A DNA stretch of 64,000 nucleotides from an uncultured Rivularia sp. (GCA_963665115.1 OY762007.1:2144001-2208000); one strand, 5' to 3'; shown: positions 22,668-33,866, counted from the stretch's first letter. Program-made: numbers and translations. The notes: a model not told the origin generated them from the sequence alone.

Positions 22668-23618
22668 TTAATTCAACCAACGACGGCTAATTTCATCTAA
22701 TTGAGTAATTTCTTCATCGCTTAATTTCCAATCCACAGCACCAGCGTTTTGTTTAACTTGTTCTGCTGTTTTTACTCCAGAGATTGGAATTACATTGCCT
22801 TGAGCAATTAACCAGTTAAGAGCAACTTGTGCTGGAGTACGATTATATTTTTCGCCGATTGTGCGTAACAAAGATATTACTGGCTGAATTTTCTGTAAAT
22901 TGTCTTTACTAAAACGCGGGTCTATGCTTCTGGCTCCTGTAGGCTTTACACTGCTATCTAAAGAATATTTACCTGTAAGTAAACCTTGGGCTAAAGGACT
23001 ATAAGCTAAAATTGTCACGCCCAATTGTTTGGCTGTAGCAATAATTCCTTGACTTTCAACTTGACGGGTTAATAAAGAATAGCGCACCTGATTAACAGCC
23101 AAAGGTATACCGCGACGAGCTAAAATTTGGTGTGCTTCCTGCATTTGTTCTTGGGAATAATTACTTACACCAATGGTTTTAATTCTGCCGAGTTCTACCT
23201 CAGTTGCTAAAGCATTCATCAACGTTTCCTGGCTCATGAAAAAAGTAAAAGGCCAATGAACTTGATAAAGCGCAATTTGTTCTACTTGAAGACGTTTAAG
23301 ACTATCAGTTAATGCTTCGCTGACAGACTCAGCAGAAAATCGCCAAGGTAAAGGACCAAATTTTGTAGCGATCTGTACCTCTTTGTCCGTTTTTTTGATA
23401 AATTTTCCGAGCAATTCTTCTGAAAGTCCCAACCCGTAGACTTCCGCAGTATCAAAAAATGTAATTCCAGCTTCGATTGCAGCGTCAAAAGCTTGTTCTA
23501 CCTGTTCCGAGCCGTAGTCATTGCCATAATTCCAAAATAGTTTATCACCCCAAGCCCAAGTACCAAGACACAAAGGGGTGACTGATACAGCGTTTTGTCC
23601 TAATGCGATCTGTTCCAC
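22668..23618 (-). CDS. Aldo/keto reductase
   Basis: LGTWAWG, FFDTAEVYG, IATKF, LYQVHWP, IGVSNY and AYSPLAQGLLTGKY. Confidence 0.93.
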   Translation of the reverse strand: MEQIALGQNAVSVTPLCLGTWAWGDKLFWNYGNDYGSEQVEQAFDAAIEAGITFFDTAEVYGLGLSEELLGKFIKKTDKEVQIATKFGPLPWRFSAESVSEALTDSLKRLQVEQIALYQVHWPFTFFMSQETLMNALATEVELGRIKTIGVSNYSQEQMQEAHQILARRGIPLAVNQVRYSLLTRQVESQGIIATAKQLGVTILAYSPLAQGLLTGKYSLDSSVKPTGARSIDPRFSKDNLQKIQPVISLLRTIGEKYNRTPAQVALNWLIAQGNVIPISGVKTAEQVKQNAGAVDWKLSDEEITQLDEISRRWLN

Positions 23619-23796
23619 AATTGATTAAATGTTTTTACAATACTTAACTTAAAGTGTATCGCTGTTGTTGATATTAAAAACTTTATTGATGATTCGTTAG
23701 TGGGATAATAGCAAAGCAGCAACTGATTAAATTAGATAAGCGTTTCAGTTTAATTTTGGTTGCTCCGGTTATTTATAGTTTTATGTTTAACTAGTT

Positions 23797-25281
23797 ATGG
23801 CAAGCAGTGATTCTTTACCAAATCCAGAATCTAACAACTCGGAACAAACAAAATCGCTTCCCAGAATCAAGCTTTTAACAATGTTCCGCTTGGGTTTATT
23901 TCAGATGGGACTTGGGATTATGTCACTCCTGACATTGGGGGTACTTAACCGAGTCATGATTGACGAACTTAAGGTTTTACCCTTGATTGCAGCAGGTGCG
24001 ATCGCCATGTACCAGTTTGTCAGCCCAGCGCGGATTTGGTTTGGTCAAATGTCCGATGCTAAGCCGATTGGTGGCTATCATCGTTCTGGGTATGTATGGA
24101 TTGGAGCAGCTTTTTTTACTCTTATTTCTTTTGTAGCGCTGCAAGTTGTGTGGCAGTTAGGCTTTAGTTTGCAGGCTCGTGGATGGAGTTTTCAAACTTA
24201 CGCTTGGACTGCAATACTGGCATTAATTTTTGCACTTTACGGTTTAGCTCTCAGTGCAAGTTCTACTCCTTTTGCGGCTTTATTAGTAGATGTAACCGAC
24301 GAAGACAACCGTTCTAAATTGATTGGGGTTGTTTGGTCAATGTTGATGGTTGGGATTGTAATTGGAGCAATTGTAAGTTCCAGATTATTAGAAACACCAG
24401 AAGTTTGCGGGGCGGCTATATTATCTTACAACCCTGCTCAAACTGGGAAAATAGCTGATATTGGGCAACTCCAAGCTTTAATTAACCCCGTATTTATTAT
24501 TATGCCAGCCATAGTTTTCGGACTATGCATTTTAGCAACTTTTGGGGTAGAAAAAAAATATTCGCGTTATTATTTACGTTCTCAAGCTGTAGAAAGAGAA
24601 GACCAAATAACTTTAAAAAAAGCATTAAAAGTTCTTACTGCTAACCGTCAAACAGGTTTATTTTTCGGCTTTTTACTGGTATTAAGTATAAGTCTTTTTA
24701 TGCAAGATTCAATATTAGAGCCTTATGGTGGTGAAGTTTTTGGAATGTGTATTGCTGAAACCACAAGATTAAACGTTCCTTTTGGCATGGGTACTTTAAT
24801 CGGAATTGCCTCAACTGGCTTTTTAGTAGTACCTCGTTTAGGAAAGAAGAATACTACTAAATTCGGATGTATGAGTGCAGCCGTCAGCAATATTTTTATT
24901 ATTATGGCGGGATTTACTGCTAGCAAAAGTTTGTTAATGGGTAGTTTATTCTTTTTTGGTTTATCATCTGGAATGTTAACAGCAGGTGCCACTAGTTTAA
25001 TGTTAGATTTGACTGCTGCTGAAACTGCGGGTACGTTTATTGGTGCTTGGGGATTGGCACAATCAATGGCTAGAGGTTCTGCGACGGTACTTGGTGGTGG
25101 ATTTTTAAACTTAGGTAAAATGCTATTTGAGTTACCAGCAATGGCATATGGACTAGTCTTTTTTCTGCAAGCAATAGGAATGATTTTTGCGATTATATTA
25201 TTGCGTCGCATTAATGTTAAAGAGTTTCAAAATAATGCCAAAGTCGCAATTAGTTCGATTTTAGAAAGTGAATTAGATTGA
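23797..25281 (+). CDS. PucC/BCD-family MFS protein (chlorophyll delivery)
   Basis: RLGLFQMGLG, LNRVMIDEL, QDSILEPYGG and AGTFIGAWGLAQ; about 12 TM helices. Confidence 0.9.
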   Translation: MASSDSLPNPESNNSEQTKSLPRIKLLTMFRLGLFQMGLGIMSLLTLGVLNRVMIDELKVLPLIAAGAIAMYQFVSPARIWFGQMSDAKPIGGYHRSGYVWIGAAFFTLISFVALQVVWQLGFSLQARGWSFQTYAWTAILALIFALYGLALSASSTPFAALLVDVTDEDNRSKLIGVVWSMLMVGIVIGAIVSSRLLETPEVCGAAILSYNPAQTGKIADIGQLQALINPVFIIMPAIVFGLCILATFGVEKKYSRYYLRSQAVEREDQITLKKALKVLTANRQTGLFFGFLLVLSISLFMQDSILEPYGGEVFGMCIAETTRLNVPFGMGTLIGIASTGFLVVPRLGKKNTTKFGCMSAAVSNIFIIMAGFTASKSLLMGSLFFFGLSSGMLTAGATSLMLDLTAAETAGTFIGAWGLAQSMARGSATVLGGGFLNLGKMLFELPAMAYGLVFFLQAIGMIFAIILLRRINVKEFQNNAKVAISSILESELD

Positions 25282-25370
25282 TGAATATGGGAATGGGGGA
25301 TTGGTAGTTGGTAATTGGTAATTGGTAATTGATGGATTATCCTAATTGTTTTTAGCTTTCAAAATATTTT

Positions 25371-25862
25371 CTACATTTTTAAAGCTTTTTTGGGCAGTCT
25401 AATCACGCTTGGGCTATTCGGAAATATAGGTATATCAATATAAATTTCGTATTCGTCAAAACTATTTATACTGGCTTCGGTGATTGCATCCCAAGGTATT
25501 AATAAAGGTGGATGGAAAAGACTCATCAAAAAAATAAATGATAGATAAAGACCTTCTTCTGTAATACCTATATTTAGACTGTTTTTATAAGAAACCAAGC
25601 CAATGTTACCTGTTTGCCAAGTATATAATTCAGTTGGTGAAGGAATATTAGTTATATAATATTTTGCTAACAACAACCACCCACTAATAAAATAAAATAG
25701 TAAACTCCCGAAAGTTATTATCATTAGCACAGTCAGTGGAGGAATATTAGCTCTATAGTAATGAGTTGATAACTGTATCTTGCTTATTAAAGAAGAACCT
25801 GTAAAAATTAGAATAATCAGAAAAAGCAGATTAATAATAAAATCAATAAATATTTTTATCAT
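25371..25862 (-). CDS. Hypothetical membrane protein
   Basis: Two TM segments plus GLYLS...FHPPLLIPW, a motif seen in small bacterial membrane proteins. Confidence 0.6.
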   Translation of the reverse strand: MIKIFIDFIINLLFLIILIFTGSSLISKIQLSTHYYRANIPPLTVLMIITFGSLLFYFISGWLLLAKYYITNIPSPTELYTWQTGNIGLVSYKNSLNIGITEEGLYLSFIFLMSLFHPPLLIPWDAITEASINSFDEYEIYIDIPIFPNSPSVIRLPKKALKM

Positions 25863-25936
25863 TCAAACATTATATGAAAAAATAAGTTTTAAATACTCCA
25901 TGCTCAATCCCCAATCCCCAATCCCCAACTAACAAT

Positions 25937-26737
25937 ATGAACGATTTCTGGAATACTATTTTAGAGTTTTCTCAAACTACTACTGCTAGAGTCGGAAAGC
26001 AGTTGATGCAAGATTTTGGAAAAGTTCAAGCTGATAATAAAGCTGATGGTAGTTTGGTGACAAAAGCCGATAAATGGGCTGATAATCAAATACGAGAAGC
26101 AATAAAATCTAAATTCCCCCATCATGGTGTTCTCAGCGAAGAGAATAATAAAGTTTTTCCCGATAATGAGTGGTGCTGGATTGTCGATCCTTTGGATGGT
26201 ACTACTAACTTTACGAGGGGAATTCCTATCTGGTGTATTTCTCTGGGCTTGCTTTATAAAGGTACGCCTGTATTTGGTTACGTTTATGCTCCACCTACCA
26301 ATGAAGCTTTTCACGGTTATTGGCAAGGTGATTCGGGATTGGATTTACCACGGGGAGCATTTCGGAACAATACTCCAATCAAAACTAGCGATGATGAAAT
26401 TAGTAAAAATCATTTTTTCAACGTATGCTCTCGCAGTACATCAATAATTACTCCAGATTTTCCTTCTAAAATTAGAATGCTTGGTGTTGCTAGCTATAAT
26501 TTTCTGACGGTAGCGACGGGAGCAGTTTTGGGTGCTGTTGAAGCGACACCCAAAGTATGGGATATTGCTGGCGCTTGGGTTATTTTACAAGCTGCTGGAG
26601 CAAACTGGATATCTTTGAAGTTTGAGCCTTTTCCTTTAAAAGTAGGTGAAGATTATAGTGCAAAATCTATACCTACTTTGGCTGTAAGTAAACCAGAATT
26701 GATTGAGGTGTTTAAACCTTTTATGGTTAGTTGTTAG
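25937..26737 (+). CDS. Inositol monophosphatase family protein
   Basis: KADGSLVT, SEE, WIVDPLDGTTNF and WDIAG. Confidence 0.93.
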   Translation: MNDFWNTILEFSQTTTARVGKQLMQDFGKVQADNKADGSLVTKADKWADNQIREAIKSKFPHHGVLSEENNKVFPDNEWCWIVDPLDGTTNFTRGIPIWCISLGLLYKGTPVFGYVYAPPTNEAFHGYWQGDSGLDLPRGAFRNNTPIKTSDDEISKNHFFNVCSRSTSIITPDFPSKIRMLGVASYNFLTVATGAVLGAVEATPKVWDIAGAWVILQAAGANWISLKFEPFPLKVGEDYSAKSIPTLAVSKPELIEVFKPFMVSC

Positions 26738-26826
26738 TGGTTAGTGGTTAGTGGTTAGTTGTCTCCCTAATGCCCCATGCCCAATTACCAATTACCAATT
26801 ACCAATTACCAATTACCAATTACCAA
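26735..26826. repeat. STRR heptamer arrays (TAGTGGT, ATTACCA)
   Basis: Visible tandem heptamers between convergent genes. Confidence 0.9.
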
Positions 26827-27594
26827 TCACAAATAATTTTCGGTGATTCTGCCATCTTCTAAGAATGCTACATTGTCGGCGAAACTTTGAATCCGGGAGT
26901 CGTGAGTCACCATGACGACGGTGCTTCCACCTTCTTTGGCTAAATTGCACAGTAATTCGATGACTGCTTGCCCGTTGTGAGAATCAAGTGCGGCGGTTGG
27001 CTCATCTGCCATAATCAACTTGGGATTACCAGCTAAAGCACGGGCAATCGCGATTCTTTGTTTTTGCCCACCAGATAAGTCTCGGGGAAGCAAGTGAGCT
27101 TTATTGGCTAATCCCACCATATCTAATAGCTCTAAAGCTTGATTGGTAGCAGATTTTCCTTTAATACCTTTGATCTCTAAGGCAAGTTGGACGTTTTCTA
27201 CTGCATTTAAAGCACCAAAAAGGTTAAAGCCTTGAAAAATAAAACCAATATTATCTCTTCTAAATTGTGATAATTTTTTACGAGACATTCGGGTAATTTC
27301 TTTCCCTAAAAGATTTACCTCACCAGAAGTAGGAGTCAAAATCCCTGCCAGAATTGATAGTAAAGTAGTTTTTCCGGAACCAGAATGTCCCATCAACAAC
27401 TGAATAGTACCCTTGGGAATATCTAAATCAATTCCTTTGAGTGCTACATAACGCTGTTTGCCGGATTGATATACCATTTCTACTCCTCTGGCAGAAATAG
27501 CGGAAGTTTTCAATTTACTTGCATTAATAGACTTTGAATCATTCCAACTGTCGATTCTGGAAGTCACTATACATCGATTTTGAGAAATAGTCAT
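26827..27594 (-). CDS. ABC transporter ATP-binding protein (LolD/DevA-like)
   Basis: GHSGSGKT, LSGGQKQR, ADEPT and VTHD. Confidence 0.93.
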   Translation of the reverse strand: MTISQNRCIVTSRIDSWNDSKSINASKLKTSAISARGVEMVYQSGKQRYVALKGIDLDIPKGTIQLLMGHSGSGKTTLLSILAGILTPTSGEVNLLGKEITRMSRKKLSQFRRDNIGFIFQGFNLFGALNAVENVQLALEIKGIKGKSATNQALELLDMVGLANKAHLLPRDLSGGQKQRIAIARALAGNPKLIMADEPTAALDSHNGQAVIELLCNLAKEGGSTVVMVTHDSRIQSFADNVAFLEDGRITENYL

Positions 27595-27720
27595 TTATTT
27601 AGGGAGAGGATATTGATTTTAGGGCTTTGTGCAAGGAGAAGCGTAAATTTACTTATAGATTTTCAGTATGAGAATAAAATAATTCACTCTAAAGATAGAG
27701 AATTCCAATCGTGTGACAGT

Positions 27721-28971
27721 CTATGCTTTGAATACTATTGCCGGGTCTACTTTACTGACTTTTTGAATCGCAAATAAGGCAGAACCAACACACATCAAAA
27801 CGGTTATGCCAAATACTCCAACGGCTGTTAATGGAGTAATTAAAATGACAATTCCTTGAGTTGCTAAAGTCCAAGCACCCAAGCCCCAACAAAGCAACAT
27901 TCCTGGTATATACCCAAGAATCGCCATCCACAGAGCTTGCTCAATAATTACGCCGTATATCACCCTATTTGACGCTCCCATCGCTTTGAGTGTTCCAAAT
28001 TCTTTTAAATGGTCGGCAACGGCAGAGTATAGAATTTGACCAACAATTACGACTCCAACAACTACCCCAACTCCTGCCCCCAAGCCTAAAATGAAGCCGA
28101 TTCCCGTTGACTGCTGCCAATAAATTCGTATCTTTTTAGACAACTCTTTAGTGGTATACGCTTTAGTTTCTGGGAAGGTAGCTTCTAAACGTTTTTTCAA
28201 TTTTCGGATATTTTGACCTGGCTCTGCTTGAATTAGTACGTAAGAAATGGGTGTATTTAAGCTGAGTTTGGGTGGCGGTTCATTAGCTGATTGCTTTTTC
28301 TTGGCATCGGCATCTTTTTCATAAACATTCCGACACTGAAGTTGTTCTCCAACCCAGGTACAGTTGACGTTGGTGGTAACGCTGGCGTTTGCGTAAGCAT
28401 TTGCAGTTTCTAAAGAAGTAAATATAAAAGGACTCGAAACAACTGATTGAGTATTTTGCGTTAAACCAACTACCTGTACTGGCAATGAGCCAATTTGAAC
28501 GGTATCTCCAATTTTTTTAATTTTGAGAGACTTTAAATTGCTTTTATCAATGATTGCCGTATAAGGGTTTCTCAAAGATTTTTTGTTTCCCTTCAGCACA
28601 TCTCCAGGAACAAATAATCTTCCTGTGGCTGGAAATCCGTATACTTTTACTACATTTAACTTGCCATTCGGAACATTCCATCTAGCTGAACCTTGGAGCA
28701 AAGCTTCGGCTCGCTTTACACCTTCAACTTTCCTAGCCCTGACGGCATAATCAAAAATCAGCGGCTGCGTAAGTTCGAGCTGCACCATCTTATCTGAAGC
28801 TAACCAGATATCGGCTCGCGAATTTTCTACTAAAGCTGTGGTAGAACGAATTACACCGTTGAATACCCCAGTTTGAATAGTCACCAAGCTGACAGCAAAC
28901 ATAATTCCTGCTTGAGCCACTAGAAAGCGCGGAATATCTTCAAACAGGTTTTTACGAGCAATAGAAACCAT
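27721..28971 (-). CDS. ABC transporter permease (FtsX/MacB/DevC-like)
   Basis: MVSIARKNL start, one TM, a large periplasmic loop, EFGTLKAMGA and C-terminal DPAIVFKA. Confidence 0.9.
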   Translation of the reverse strand: MVSIARKNLFEDIPRFLVAQAGIMFAVSLVTIQTGVFNGVIRSTTALVENSRADIWLASDKMVQLELTQPLIFDYAVRARKVEGVKRAEALLQGSARWNVPNGKLNVVKVYGFPATGRLFVPGDVLKGNKKSLRNPYTAIIDKSNLKSLKIKKIGDTVQIGSLPVQVVGLTQNTQSVVSSPFIFTSLETANAYANASVTTNVNCTWVGEQLQCRNVYEKDADAKKKQSANEPPPKLSLNTPISYVLIQAEPGQNIRKLKKRLEATFPETKAYTTKELSKKIRIYWQQSTGIGFILGLGAGVGVVVGVVIVGQILYSAVADHLKEFGTLKAMGASNRVIYGVIIEQALWMAILGYIPGMLLCWGLGAWTLATQGIVILITPLTAVGVFGITVLMCVGSALFAIQKVSKVDPAIVFKA

Positions 28972-29928
28972 GAAACACAATCATTGAAAAAGTTTACTTA
29001 ACAAGGCAACTTACCTTCACCTGTTTACTGACGCAAAAGCAAGAAGAAATCGTTCCTTTTTATTCTTAGGGGCTGCGGTTAAGGTTTATGGAATAAGATG
29101 CGAATTGGGTTTAAAGAATATCTATCAACTGGTAATAAGCTACTGCTGCGATCGGTGACGATGTATAATACATATGTTCTTTATTTTATAAATTTTCTAA
29201 TGTTTGTAGTTAGCGAAAGTTTTCTAAAAAAAGTATGTTTTGGCTTAGATATAGACTTAAAAATGGCTTTTGATCGGTGCTATAGTAAGGTTTATCAGAT
29301 AGAGACGGCGAATAAGAATACAAAAAGAGTGAATTGATTTCCTCTTAAAACCAACTATCAAAATTATGCTCCTGCTAATTCTTAGCTGTGAGATAAGCTG
29401 AATTACAAAAACTGAATTTCAAATTATCCTGACATATTCTGTTAAGAAGAGAACAATTTAAAATCGTGAATATCAAACCTAAAATTGAATGTGCATTATA
29501 CTTCTTGATTTCTTATTCTAGTTTCAAGCCAAGTAGTTTAAGCTATGGAACCTTTTGATAGAGATAAAGTCTACCAGATAAAATATTCCATCCTACTAGC
29601 TCGATGTCAATCTCAAATCCCTACATTCATTTGATTGACAATTTCATTTTATAAACTCCATAAAATTTTCAACCAGATATGAAAGTATCCCATGACTGAA
29701 ACCGATTTATATCCATACAGATGTACATTCTTAATTAGTACTTACAACATCATAAATACTTAAGAGTGTAAGTGACTTCTCTCGACAGACTGGAGTGTGA
29801 GTAGTAATATTTTTCTCACTCCGAAGCCGATATAGTCGTGTTTCCCTAACTTTAGTTAGTTTTAAATAGTTTTGTAAAGTCGCTTCAACGATTGTTCATG
29901 TTTCCTTAATAATTCGTGTGAGGATTAA

Positions 29929-31626
29929 ATGGTAAATTTAGCTCTAACTCTATTAACTAGTGCAGCAAGATTATCTAAAGCAAATTTTGTACGTAAAACT
30001 CGTAAAACGGCAATTTGTCAAGAGCAATTTTTGTTTTCACTGCTGAAAACTCACCAAGAAACTCAATTTGGAAAAGATTGCGGTTTTGAAGATATCAAAA
30101 CTGTAGAGCAATTTAAAGAAAGAATTCCGATCCTTACTTATAGCGGTTACGAAAAATACGTCGAACGTATTGCACGAGGAGAACAAAATATTCTCACATC
30201 AGATCCAGTCGTTTACTTTAATCAAAGCAGCGGTTCCACGGGTAAACAAAAACTGATCCCGGTAACGAAAAGAGTGCGTAAAGTACGTTCTAGGGTAACT
30301 CAGCAATCTCTGGGATTCATGGTAGATGCTGCAATAAAACGAGGTTTGCCGATTGGTAAAATGTTGCTGACTACCTCCATCCAAATTCGCGATCGCACTA
30401 GTGGAGGTATTGCTTATGGCACTTCCAGCGTAGGGGATTTACGCAATATGGATTTTCTCTACAGACAAGTTTTTGTCCATCCTTACGATGCTTTGAAGCC
30501 AGCAGATAGTTTGGCTCGTAATTATGTTTGCTTATTGTTTGCATTGAGAAATCCTCAAATGCGAGTGATTGGGGCAAATTTCCCGATTTTGGCGCTACAG
30601 TTAGCTGATTATTTAGAGCGTTATGCTTTATATTTAATTCAAGATTTAGAGACTGGAAAAATTGCTTCTTGGTTGAAAATAGAACCTGAAGTGCGTGAAG
30701 CATTAGAAAAGCAGTGGAGTGCAGCACCGCAAAGAGCGGCTGAATTACGCTCTATTTTGCAAAGTGAAGAAACCTTAACTCCTAAGATGGCTTGGAAAAA
30801 TCTTTCATGGATAATTACCGCTCGCGGCGGTACTTCCGACTTCTATTTTGAAAGGTTTAATCAATATTTTGGCGATACTCCAATCTTTGGAGGAATTTAC
30901 GCAGCTTCTGAAGCAACTTTTGGTATTTACGAAGACTTTAACAGCGACGGTACTATTTTAGCTATTGACAGCGGTTTCTTTGAATTTATTCCTTCAGATG
31001 AATGGGAAAAAGAACAGCCGAAAACTGTTTTAGCTCATCAAGTTGAAGTCGGTAAAAACTATCGTATTGTTGTTACCAATTACAGCGGTTTATATCGTTA
31101 CGATATTGGTGATGTAGTTGAAATTGTCGGCTTTTACGAACAAGCTCCCATAATTGTATTTCGCCATCGTATGGGAGGATTGTTATCTGCTACCAGCGAA
31201 AAAACTAATGAATTTCATGCGACTCAAGTAATGCAGCAATTACAAAAAGAGTTTGATTTACCTTTAGCAAGCTACTGCATCACATTATCTAAAAATGAAA
31301 TTCCACCACACTATTTATTAAATATTGAATTACTTCCTAACCATCCTTTGAATAACCCAGAGAAACTTTTAGCTGAATTCGATTTAAAAATGCAGCAAGC
31401 AAACGTATCTTACGAGGAAAAAAGGTGTAATAACATACTTCCTCCACCTCGCCTACGTATTTTAGCCCCTGGAAGTTTTGCTACAGTTCGTCAGCGGCTT
31501 TTACAGAAAGGAATACCCGATTCCCACCTCAAAATTCCTCATATTAACGAAGATAGAAAATTTCTTGAAGGATTAGATATTGAGCAAGAAGTTAAATTAT
31601 CGCAATTAGAACAAATAAGTAAATAA
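29929..31626 (+). CDS. GH3-family acyl-adenylating (acyl-acid amido synthetase-like) protein
   Basis: SSGSTGKQKLIP, YAASE, FFEFIP and GLYRYDIGDVV (GH3 motifs I-III); GAGG RBS. Confidence 0.9.
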   Translation: MVNLALTLLTSAARLSKANFVRKTRKTAICQEQFLFSLLKTHQETQFGKDCGFEDIKTVEQFKERIPILTYSGYEKYVERIARGEQNILTSDPVVYFNQSSGSTGKQKLIPVTKRVRKVRSRVTQQSLGFMVDAAIKRGLPIGKMLLTTSIQIRDRTSGGIAYGTSSVGDLRNMDFLYRQVFVHPYDALKPADSLARNYVCLLFALRNPQMRVIGANFPILALQLADYLERYALYLIQDLETGKIASWLKIEPEVREALEKQWSAAPQRAAELRSILQSEETLTPKMAWKNLSWIITARGGTSDFYFERFNQYFGDTPIFGGIYAASEATFGIYEDFNSDGTILAIDSGFFEFIPSDEWEKEQPKTVLAHQVEVGKNYRIVVTNYSGLYRYDIGDVVEIVGFYEQAPIIVFRHRMGGLLSATSEKTNEFHATQVMQQLQKEFDLPLASYCITLSKNEIPPHYLLNIELLPNHPLNNPEKLLAEFDLKMQQANVSYEEKRCNNILPPPRLRILAPGSFATVRQRLLQKGIPDSHLKIPHINEDRKFLEGLDIEQEVKLSQLEQISK

Positions 31627-31882
31627 TAAGTAAATAATTAAGATCAATTTTTTACAAGACATAAAGATGGGAAATATGTAAATCTATAAGAGATTGGGAA
31701 ATAAGACTAATTGTGATTAGTTATACCAATAACCTATAGATAACAATCGATATTGTTGCTATTGCTATTAAATGCTTTGTATTTTAACGGTATTTTATAC
31801 CAATAGTTTAATTTTCGATTGTTAACTAAGGTAAATAAATCTTTCGATTGCTTTTATTTAACCTTACTCGATCGATCCAGTG

Positions 31883-32857
31883 ATGAAGACACCCTTAGAA
31901 GAGAAACATCTATCCGCATCAGATAACGCGCTGTTAAAAGTTGCAAGAATTGATGGAACTAATTTGACACCAAAAATATTTGCTAATAAATATAGAAAAG
32001 ATGGTGTTCCAGTAATTGTTACTGGTTTACTAGATTCCATGAATAGTTGGGATTTGGATTTTCTACGTGAAAAGTTAGGAAATCAGGAATTTCCAGTTCG
32101 TTTTAACGGATGGGAAAGATATAAAAAAGATAAAAAGGCGTGGAACAATATTGGTAGCGGTGTTGAGTCGCGCACTCTTTCTTTTAATGAATACGCCGAT
32201 TTACTATCATCCAAAGAAGCCCACAAAAATGATATTTATCTTGGCAGATGCGCTTTAAAAAAAACACCACTTGCCGATACACCAGCACTTACAGAAGCTG
32301 ATGCCAAACTTGGTTTAAAAATGCCAGGTACCAGCCCTAACCTGTGGGTATGCCCCGGAAGTCATATAACTCCTTTGCATTACGATCCCCTCGATGGTAC
32401 CTTGATACAGATTCATGGTGAAAAGCGACTTCTACTATTTCCGCCATCTCAAACCTATAATCTTTATCCACTATCATTATTTAATTATTTACGGCATGGT
32501 TTAAAGCTGCGAGCTAATTACTCTCAGGTATATCCTGAAAAACCAGATTTAGAAAAATTTCCGAAATTCGAGAAAGCACTTGCTCATCGTTACGAAGTGA
32601 TTCTCAAACAAGGTGAAATTCTATTTATTCCTGCGGGATGGTGGCATGAAGTAACTTCTTTGGGTGATGGAGTTGTCTGCTCAATTAATCGTTTTTGGCA
32701 CGTTTTACCTTTAACAAGAGCAGCAACTTCCTGGAATAAATGGCGCTTACATCTTGGCGCTTTGATGACTGCACCTCATATTACAAAAACTTGGATAGCT
32801 GCCATATTTAGTAAAGATAGAGAACAAAAGATACGTCATTTAGTGCAAAGACTGTGA
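31883..32857 (+). CDS. JmjC/cupin-8 2-oxoglutarate-Fe(II) hydroxylase
   Basis: NLW...TPLHYD, QIHGEKRLLLFPP and GEILFIPAGWWHEV (HxD...H triad). Confidence 0.9.
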   Translation: MKTPLEEKHLSASDNALLKVARIDGTNLTPKIFANKYRKDGVPVIVTGLLDSMNSWDLDFLREKLGNQEFPVRFNGWERYKKDKKAWNNIGSGVESRTLSFNEYADLLSSKEAHKNDIYLGRCALKKTPLADTPALTEADAKLGLKMPGTSPNLWVCPGSHITPLHYDPLDGTLIQIHGEKRLLLFPPSQTYNLYPLSLFNYLRHGLKLRANYSQVYPEKPDLEKFPKFEKALAHRYEVILKQGEILFIPAGWWHEVTSLGDGVVCSINRFWHVLPLTRAATSWNKWRLHLGALMTAPHITKTWIAAIFSKDREQKIRHLVQRL

Positions 32858-33104
32858 GGATTTTGGATTTGAGATTTTGGATTAAAAATTGTAGAGACGT
32901 AGCACTGCTACGTCTTTATAGGAGTGAGGAGTTAGGAATGAGTAGCAAGTAGCAAGTAGCAAGTAATAAGTAATAAGTAATAAGTAATAAGTATTAAGGA
33001 GTTAAGAGTTTTAAATTACTCTTTATCTCCCCGTCTCGCCATCTCCTCATCTCCCCCTCTCTTTCCCATTCCTTCCAACAATTAAAATTTTATAGATTTC
33101 AAAT

Positions 33105-33866
33105 ATGCAAAACTTATCAAAGATAGTCGTTAAGCAATTAGAAAAATTACTAACCAAAGATGGTTGGTTGGAAAGGTTAATCGCGAAAAACTCTTTGGTT
33201 GGCGATTCTGTTTTTTTTGAAAATGAACAGTTTCCTTGGAGCAAAGATTTAGAAGCTAACTGGATGGTGATTCGCAAAGAATTGGATGGGGTGCTGGAAA
33301 GAGTAGACGAGTTACCTAATTTTCAGGATATTTCTAAGCGTCAATCGCGGATTGCCAACGATAATCGCTGGAAAACCTACTTTTTCTATGCATTCGGGTT
33401 TAAAGCTACTAAAAACTGCGAAAGATGTCCCGAAACTACTAAGTTAATCGAACAAATACCGGGAATGAAAGTAGCATTTTTCTCGATTCTTGCTCCCGGT
33501 AAACATATCCCCAAACATCGCGGTAAGCTCAAGACTATGATTCGCTACCATTTGGGTTTAATTGTTCCACAGCCCAAAGAAAATTGTAAAATTCAAGTAG
33601 CTGATGAAATTAAATATTGGGAAGAAGGTAAAAGTTTAATTTTCGACGATACTTTTTACCATGAAGTTTGGAATGATACGGATGGCTACCGTGTAGTTTT
33701 ATTCTTAGATATTGCTCGCCCTTTAAAATTTCCACTTTCTTTTATTAGTTCGTTAGCTAATAAATTTATTACTGCAACTCCCATAGTTAAAGATGCTAAA
33801 GCTAGTCATAAAGCTTGGGAAGATAAGTTTGAAGCTGAGAATAAATCCAAGGAATTGGTTTCTTAG
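33105..33866 (+). CDS. Aspartyl/asparaginyl beta-hydroxylase-domain (LpxO-like) protein
   Basis: LEANW..IR.E, CPET, FSILAPGKHIPKHRG, RYHLGL and FDDTFYHEVWN...RVVLFLD. Confidence 0.9.
   Translation: MQNLSKIVVKQLEKLLTKDGWLERLIAKNSLVGDSVFFENEQFPWSKDLEANWMVIRKELDGVLERVDELPNFQDISKRQSRIANDNRWKTYFFYAFGFKATKNCERCPETTKLIEQIPGMKVAFFSILAPGKHIPKHRGKLKTMIRYHLGLIVPQPKENCKIQVADEIKYWEEGKSLIFDDTFYHEVWNDTDGYRVVLFLDIARPLKFPLSFISSLANKFITATPIVKDAKASHKAWEDKFEAENKSKELVS

Noticed and set aside
25340..25390. Possible fourth frameshift at the end of the 25371..25862 ORF (adding one A would extend it to ...KNVENILKAKNN)
   Set aside because: Plausible, but unsupported without a homologue alignment.
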